Source of the DNA: Stellaceae bacterium | Lineage (GTDB): Bacteria; Pseudomonadota; Alphaproteobacteria; ATCC43930; CGMCC-115725 | Assembly: GCA_049689615.1 (NCBI GenBank) | Contig: JBAVMB010000351.1 | Span: forward strand, 1 to 24,747 | DNA: 24,747 nucleotides | Direction: 5' to 3' | Shown here: positions 16,221 through 24,747 of the stretch, one piece after another | Numbering within the stretch: the stretch's first letter is position 1 | Layout: every line of letters starts with the position of its first letter | Notes under the pieces: generated by a model | Told to the model about the DNA's origin: nothing | Databases searched by the model: none | The model's input: the letters and a program-made list of their open reading frames with translations, nothing else | Made by a program: the position numbers and the translations under genes

Positions 16221-17216
16221 TCAGAGGCCGAACGCGAACCGGAACCCAGCATAACTATCTTCGCCCCTCTGACCGTAAAATTCCTTGGTACGGGTCAGCA
16301 ATCCGATTTCGAGGCGAAAATCATCCTTCCAGAAGAATGCGGCACCCGCAGTCAGGTCGCCGACCAGCGGCTTTTTGTCGACACGCGGACTCGAAGCAAA
16401 GCTATTGCCATCGAGAAAGATGTTCTGCGCGACGGCGCGGCCTTCGAAACCGGCGAAGATGTACCAGCCGAACGGCTGGATCATGCGCGCCGAGTTGAAC
16501 CAATCGGTGCCCGATAGCGCCGGACGAATGCGCGTGGGGCCGTAGTCGGCATTTAAATCCTGGCCGATGCGCAGCGTGCCGCCGACCGCGCCATAGGTCA
16601 GCACATTTCCGCCGGTCACGCCGGCTTCCGGGACGACGTCGATACCGACTCCCCCGAGATCGGCGAGCCGTACGCGCCAGCGCCCATCATAAGAAACCAT
16701 CAGGCCGGGCTCATTCTTCAGCTGGCCGTGCCAGCCCTGCCCACCCGGGATACCGACGACGAACTGGTGCCAGTCATTTTGCACCTCCCGGCCGAGCGCG
16801 TCCGGACCGACCACGCCGATTAGCAGTTCGAGACTCGTGAGCCGGTTGCCGTTCTCCTGCAGCAGCGCACCGCCGGTGTAAAGCCAGCCGGCATAGGGAC
16901 GGTCGCGCGGGTCGGGCGGATTGAGCGTGAGGTTCGCCGGCGTGAAGACGCTCTGGCCGAGGAAAATCCAGTCGAAACGGCGCTCGCTTGGCGCGGCGTT
17001 TGGAAATAATGATGGCACCAAGTCGAACGCCCGATAGCGCCAATCGTTTGACGACAGCGGATCGGATAGGTACGCGCCGCGGATGCCTTGCGTGTAATGC
17101 TTGTCGTTCGTGAAGAACAGCGAATCGTTCTCTTCGAGAATCGAGAGTTGTCCGGCCCGCGCCATCGACGCGCAGAGACACACTCCGGCCATGACGACAG
17201 CGGCACGGACCCACAT
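16221..17216 (-). CDS. lpxR: Lipid A 3'-O-deacylase LpxR family outer membrane beta-barrel (DUF2219-like)
   Basis: Signal peptide; EENDSL..D.HYTQG, GQSVFTP, DRPYAGWL, QNDWH, GWHGQLKNEP, NIFLDGN motifs. Confidence 0.85.
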   Translation of the reverse strand: MWVRAAVVMAGVCLCASMARAGQLSILEENDSLFFTNDKHYTQGIRGAYLSDPLSSNDWRYRAFDLVPSLFPNAAPSERRFDWIFLGQSVFTPANLTLNPPDPRDRPYAGWLYTGGALLQENGNRLTSLELLIGVVGPDALGREVQNDWHQFVVGIPGGQGWHGQLKNEPGLMVSYDGRWRVRLADLGGVGIDVVPEAGVTGGNVLTYGAVGGTLRIGQDLNADYGPTRIRPALSGTDWFNSARMIQPFGWYIFAGFEGRAVAQNIFLDGNSFASSPRVDKKPLVGDLTAGAAFFWKDDFRLEIGLLTRTKEFYGQRGEDSYAGFRFAFGL

Positions 17217-17225
17217 TGCTTCGCT

Positions 17226-18710
17226 TTAATGCGCCATGGGCCGATTTGGCTCCGGAGGTGCCAGGGTCAAATCGCTGCGCTCCCACCAACCGCCGCCCAT
17301 AGCCAGAAACAGCTGCGCCGTATCGATGTAGCGCTGCGCCTCCGCCTGCGCGTAGCCCAAACGCGCCCGTTGATAAAGGCGCGATGCGTCGAGCACTTGC
17401 AGCAGCGCCACATCGCCCGCCTGGTAGGCGCGCCGGGTCAGACCGAGCGACCGGCGCGACGAATCGAGCGCCGCGCGTTGTTCGCCGAGAAGCCGGGTGT
17501 CGTTTGCCAGCGAATCAAGAGCATCGGCCACTTGCGCGAAGGATTGCAGCACAACTTGCTGATAGGCCGCGCGCGCCGAATCGAAATTATACTCAGACGC
17601 GCGCTCTTGCGCCCGCAGCGCGCCGCCATGGAATAGCGGCGCGGTAACGCCGGCGCCGAAGTTCCAGACGTTGTCACCGGCCGTAAGCAGGGTATGCGGC
17701 GCGAGGCCGATCTGCTCGATCGCGGCGGTTAGCGTGATATCGGGATAGAGCTGCGCCGTGGCGACGCCGACGGCCGCCGAAGCCGCATGCAGCTCCGCTT
17801 CAGCGGCGAGAATGTCCGGCCGTTGGCGCACGAGCGCCGACGGCAGGCTGACCGGAATGTCAGCCGGCAAAACCAGCGAGTCGAGCGTAAAGTCCGGTGG
17901 CGTCCACGTTCCCGGCGTCTCCGCCACCAGCACCGTCAACACGTGGCGGGCGGTGCTCAGTCGCTGCTGCAGCGGCGGCAGCAAGGTGCGATCGGACGCA
18001 AATTGGCTGCGCGCGCTTTCAACGTCGAGATCGGTCGCGCCACCCGCCTCGACGCTGCGCTGCACGAGCGCGAGAAGGTTGCGATCGTCGGCGACCACGT
18101 CGTCGACGGCGGCGATCTGCGCGTTGATCGCGGCGATTTCAACCGCGTCGGTCACCGCATTGCCGGTGACCGCGAGATAGGCCGCTGTCAGCTGATACCG
18201 TTCGACATCGGCCTGGGCTTGCCGTTCCTCGACGAGCCGGCGGTTGCGGCCGAACGGATCGAGCGAATAGCTGACCGTCGGCCCGACCGAGAACACGTTG
18301 AAGGTCGCCGGCGGCTGTTTGAGGCCGAAAGCAGCGAAGCTCACCTTTTCGCGCTCGGCTGATGCAGCGAAATCGACCTGTGGAAAGAGCGAACCGCGCG
18401 CGGCGGCGGCGATCTCATGCGCCGAAGCCAGATTGGCGCGCGCCGCGGCAAGATCGCGATTGCGCGCGATCGCCTGTTTCAGCACGGCGTCGAGCGCCGG
18501 CGAGTGGTAGAGCATCCACCAGTCACCGGTGATCCGCCGGCCGATAGCGAGACGCTGCGCCGGTTCGCCGACGACGGGCGGCGGCGCGGAATCCGCAGCG
18601 TCATAGGCCTGGTCGGTCGGTGGCGAAGGGGGCGTGAAATTCGGACCGACGGTGCAGCCGGTAAGCAGCACGCTGATCAGCAGCGGCGCCAGAGCCGGGC
18701 GCGCAGGCAT
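17226..18710 (-). CDS. Efflux outer membrane factor lipoprotein (NodT/OprM family)
   Basis: Lipobox LTGC followed by TVGPNF, WW.LY....LD, RQRPDILAAEAELHAA, A.LYPDITL, LFLAMGGGWW; GGAG RBS. Confidence 0.92.
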   Translation of the reverse strand: MPARPALAPLLISVLLTGCTVGPNFTPPSPPTDQAYDAADSAPPPVVGEPAQRLAIGRRITGDWWMLYHSPALDAVLKQAIARNRDLAAARANLASAHEIAAAARGSLFPQVDFAASAEREKVSFAAFGLKQPPATFNVFSVGPTVSYSLDPFGRNRRLVEERQAQADVERYQLTAAYLAVTGNAVTDAVEIAAINAQIAAVDDVVADDRNLLALVQRSVEAGGATDLDVESARSQFASDRTLLPPLQQRLSTARHVLTVLVAETPGTWTPPDFTLDSLVLPADIPVSLPSALVRQRPDILAAEAELHAASAAVGVATAQLYPDITLTAAIEQIGLAPHTLLTAGDNVWNFGAGVTAPLFHGGALRAQERASEYNFDSARAAYQQVVLQSFAQVADALDSLANDTRLLGEQRAALDSSRRSLGLTRRAYQAGDVALLQVLDASRLYQRARLGYAQAEAQRYIDTAQLFLAMGGGWWERSDLTLAPPEPNRPMAH

Positions 18711-18810
18711 CGAAATCTCCCAGGTTTTGGGTAGCTACCAATAGGCCCGCAGCCACCTCAGCGCAACGGTCCGAGGTCCGCCGCGCCTGCATGGGCGCCG
18801 TGCGCGCGGC

Positions 18811-20668
<1,858 letters not shown>

Positions 20669-20685
<17 letters not shown>

Positions 20686-20741
20686 GCCCGGAACTGTGAA
20701 ACGCAGGGATTTAGCGGCGAAGCATGAACGAAAATCCTTAA
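20669..20741. repeat. Imperfect inverted repeat (11+6 bp arms) spanning the kinase start codon
   Basis: TTAAGGATTTT-GG-TCATGC (20669-20687) pairs with GCATGA-ACG-AAAATCCTTAA (20722-20741). Confidence 0.75.
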
Positions 20742-20785
20742 TGTTGCGTTTGCCGGGGTGCGCGGCACGCGGTCCGGCGCTATGG

Positions 20786-20801
20786 TCAACGAAGGATTAA
20801 C
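20786..20801. promoter_or_regulatory. CtrA-like site (TCAA-N7-TTAAC)
   Basis: One mismatch to TTAA-N7-TTAAC, in the divergent intergenic region. Confidence 0.35.
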
Positions 20802-20814
20802 AACGGAGACGGCG

Positions 20815-21600
20815 ATGGGCGAAACCGCGACGACGTTCGATGCGCGCGCCGTCGCTTTGCACCGCACAGGCAATGGACCGCCGCTCGTATTGCTGCACTG
20901 TCTCGGCGTCGACCATCGGCTGTGGCCGCTCGCGCTCGGCGACATGGAGCGCGAGCGCACGTTGCTCGCTTACGATTTTCCCGGTCATGGCGAAAGTCCG
21001 GTGCCGCCGGTGCCCTACGGTATTGCCAATCTGTCGGCCCAGCTTGCTTCCGTCCTCGACTGTGCCGGCATCGCCCGCGCCACGATTGCCGGCATCTCGC
21101 TCGGCGGCTTGGTCGCGCAAGATTTCGCCGCCAGCTTTCCGACGCGCGTTGATCGCTTGGTGTTGATGGACACGACGGCGCACTACACCGAGGAATTACG
21201 CACGATGTGGGCCGTCCGCGCAGAGCAAGCCCGGAAGGACGGTGTCACGTCGCTGGTTCCGGGCCTGCTCGAAATTTGGTTCACCAAGGATTTTGTCGCC
21301 CAAAATCCGCCGGCAGTGCGCTATGTCCGCGACACACTCGAGCGCTGCTCCGGCGAGGGCTATGCCCGCGCCTGCGAAGCGCTGGCGGGGGCCGATTTGC
21401 GCGGGCTGGCGGCAAAGATATCGGCACCGACGCTGGTGCTCTGTGGCGACCAGGACATTCCGAGCTTTCTCGACGCTGCGCGCTGGCTTGCCGCCAACAT
21501 CGCCGACGCCAAGCTCGCGTGGCTGGCGCCGGCGCGGCATGCTTCGATTCTGGAACAGCCGGATAAATTCCGGCGGACGCTGCGTGACTTTCTCGCTTAG
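20815..21600 (+). CDS. Alpha/beta hydrolase, 3-oxoadipate enol-lactonase (PcaD)-like
   Basis: [17 protein letters not shown], nucleophile GISLGG, GDQD acid, RHASILEQP His; GGAG RBS before the ATG at 20815. Confidence 0.85.
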   Translation: MGETATTFDARAVALHRTGNGPPLVLLHCLGVDHRLWPLALGDMERERTLLAYDFPGHGESPVPPVPYGIANLSAQLASVLDCAGIARATIAGISLGGLVAQDFAASFPTRVDRLVLMDTTAHYTEELRTMWAVRAEQARKDGVTSLVPGLLEIWFTKDFVAQNPPAVRYVRDTLERCSGEGYARACEALAGADLRGLAAKISAPTLVLCGDQDIPSFLDAARWLAANIADAKLAWLAPARHASILEQPDKFRRTLRDFLA

Positions 21601-23036
21601 CGCGGCAGGTCGGACCGGCCCATCAGGAACTCATCGACCGCGCGGGCACACTGCCGTCCCTCGCGGATTGCCCACACCACCAGCGACTGACCGCGGCGCG
21701 CGTCGCCAGCAGCGAACACCTTGTCGACGCTGGTGCGATAGTCCTCGGTGTTGGCTTTGACGTTGCCGCGCTGATCGAGCGCCAGACCGAGACCTTCGAC
21801 CGCGCCCGGCTTGACCGGATGGAGGAATCCCATCGCCAGCAGCACGAGCTCGGCCGGGATGTGGAAGGCGCTGTTCGACAGCTCGACCATCTGCATGCGG
21901 CCGTCGCCGTCGCGGTGCCACTGCACACGGACGCAATCGAGACCGGTGACGCGTCCGTCCTTGCCGGTGAATCCCTTGGTCAGGACCGACCAGTCGCGGT
22001 CGGCGCCTTCTTCCTGCGACGACGAAGTACGCAGCTTCATCGGCCAGTCCGGCCAGGTGAGCAGCTTGTCCTCGTGTTCGGGCGGCTGCGGCATGATTTC
22101 GATCTGCGTGATCGACTTGGCGCCCTGCCGATTCGAGGTGCCGATGCAATCGGAGCCGGTATCGCCGCCGCCGATCACCAGCACGTTCTTGCCGCCGGCC
22201 AGGATGTCCGTGCCGTCGAACTTCTCGCCGGCGACGCGATGGTTCTGCTGCATCAGGAAATCCATCGCGAAATGGATGCCGCCAAGCTCGCGGCCCGGCA
22301 TCGGCAGATCGCGCGGCTGCTCGGCGCCGATGGCGAAGACGACGGCGTCGTTCGCCTTCATCAACTTCGCCACCGGCACGTTGCCGCCGACATGCGCGTT
22401 GACGTGGAAGACCACGCCTTCGGCGCGCATCTGGGCGATGCGGCGGTCGACGACGTGCTTTTCGAGCTTGAAGTCGGGAATGCCGAGCCGCAGCAATCCG
22501 CCGATCCGCGGCGATTTCTCGTAGATCGCGACTTCGTGCCCGGCGCGTGCCAGTTGCTGGGCGCAGGCGAGACCCGCCGGACCGGAACCGACGATGGCGA
22601 CGCGCTTGCCGGTGCGATGCTTGGCCGGCGCGGGCCCGACCCAACCGGCTTCCCAGCCACGCTCGGCGATGGCGTGCTCGATCGTTTTGATGGTGACCGG
22701 CGATTCGATGAGGTTCAGCGTGCACGACGCTTCGCACGGCGCCGGGCAAATGCGTCCAGTGAAATCCGGGAAGTTATTGGTCGAATGCAGCACTTCGAGC
22801 GCGCGCCGCATGTCGCCCTCGTAGACCAGATCGTTCCAGTCCGGGATGATGTTGTTGACGGGGCAGGCGGTATGACAATAGGGCGTGCCGCAATCCATGC
22901 AGCGCCCGGCTTGGCGCTTCAGTTCGTCGGTTGGCAGCGGTTCGGTGAATTCCCGATAATGCTTTACGCGTTCTTCCGCCGGCGCGTAGGCATGGTCGCG
23001 CCGTTCGAACTCCATGAACCCGGTCGGCTTACCCAT
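21597..23036 (-). CDS. gltD: Glutamate synthase small (beta) subunit
   Basis: [69 protein letters not shown]. Confidence 0.97.
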   Translation of the reverse strand: MGKPTGFMEFERRDHAYAPAEERVKHYREFTEPLPTDELKRQAGRCMDCGTPYCHTACPVNNIIPDWNDLVYEGDMRRALEVLHSTNNFPDFTGRICPAPCEASCTLNLIESPVTIKTIEHAIAERGWEAGWVGPAPAKHRTGKRVAIVGSGPAGLACAQQLARAGHEVAIYEKSPRIGGLLRLGIPDFKLEKHVVDRRIAQMRAEGVVFHVNAHVGGNVPVAKLMKANDAVVFAIGAEQPRDLPMPGRELGGIHFAMDFLMQQNHRVAGEKFDGTDILAGGKNVLVIGGGDTGSDCIGTSNRQGAKSITQIEIMPQPPEHEDKLLTWPDWPMKLRTSSSQEEGADRDWSVLTKGFTGKDGRVTGLDCVRVQWHRDGDGRMQMVELSNSAFHIPAELVLLAMGFLHPVKPGAVEGLGLALDQRGNVKANTEDYRTSVDKVFAAGDARRGQSLVVWAIREGRQCARAVDEFLMGRSDLPR

Positions 23037-23040
23037 CGGA

Positions 23041-24747
<1,707 letters not shown>

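Noticed and set aside
15341..16252. 303-aa minus-strand ORF (and the 267-aa plus-strand ORF at 15063-15866)
   Set aside because: They overlap chrR and the exported protein, both of which have RBSs and better protein-like features

Overview
High-GC, probably alphaproteobacterial chromosomal segment; no mobile element, tRNA, rRNA or CRISPR array was seen. Bases 1-13915 form a low-oxygen/stress island with six FNR/FixK-type boxes (TTGAn-N4-nTCAA), each just upstream of a transcription unit. The units are: host-attachment (baeRF-like) protein plus ChaB; a YbhG-F-F-S-R-type HlyD/ABC exporter; Hsp20; BON-USP-Zn alcohol dehydrogenase; a Cys/His-rich 92-aa protein plus an Rv2004c-like APH/AAA kinase; and a Pat/PatZ-type acyl-CoA ligase-GNAT. 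The gene content parallels the mycobacterial DosR dormancy regulon. The right half holds ada (with an Ada box), a ChrR-like FMN reductase, a small secreted 4-Cys protein, a NodT-like outer membrane factor paired with an LpxR-family deacylase, an orphan MHYT-PAS PleC/DivJ-type histidine kinase whose start codon lies in a long inverted repeat, a PcaD-like hydrolase, gltD and the 3' part of gltB. All calls come from manual motif recognition; no searches were run.
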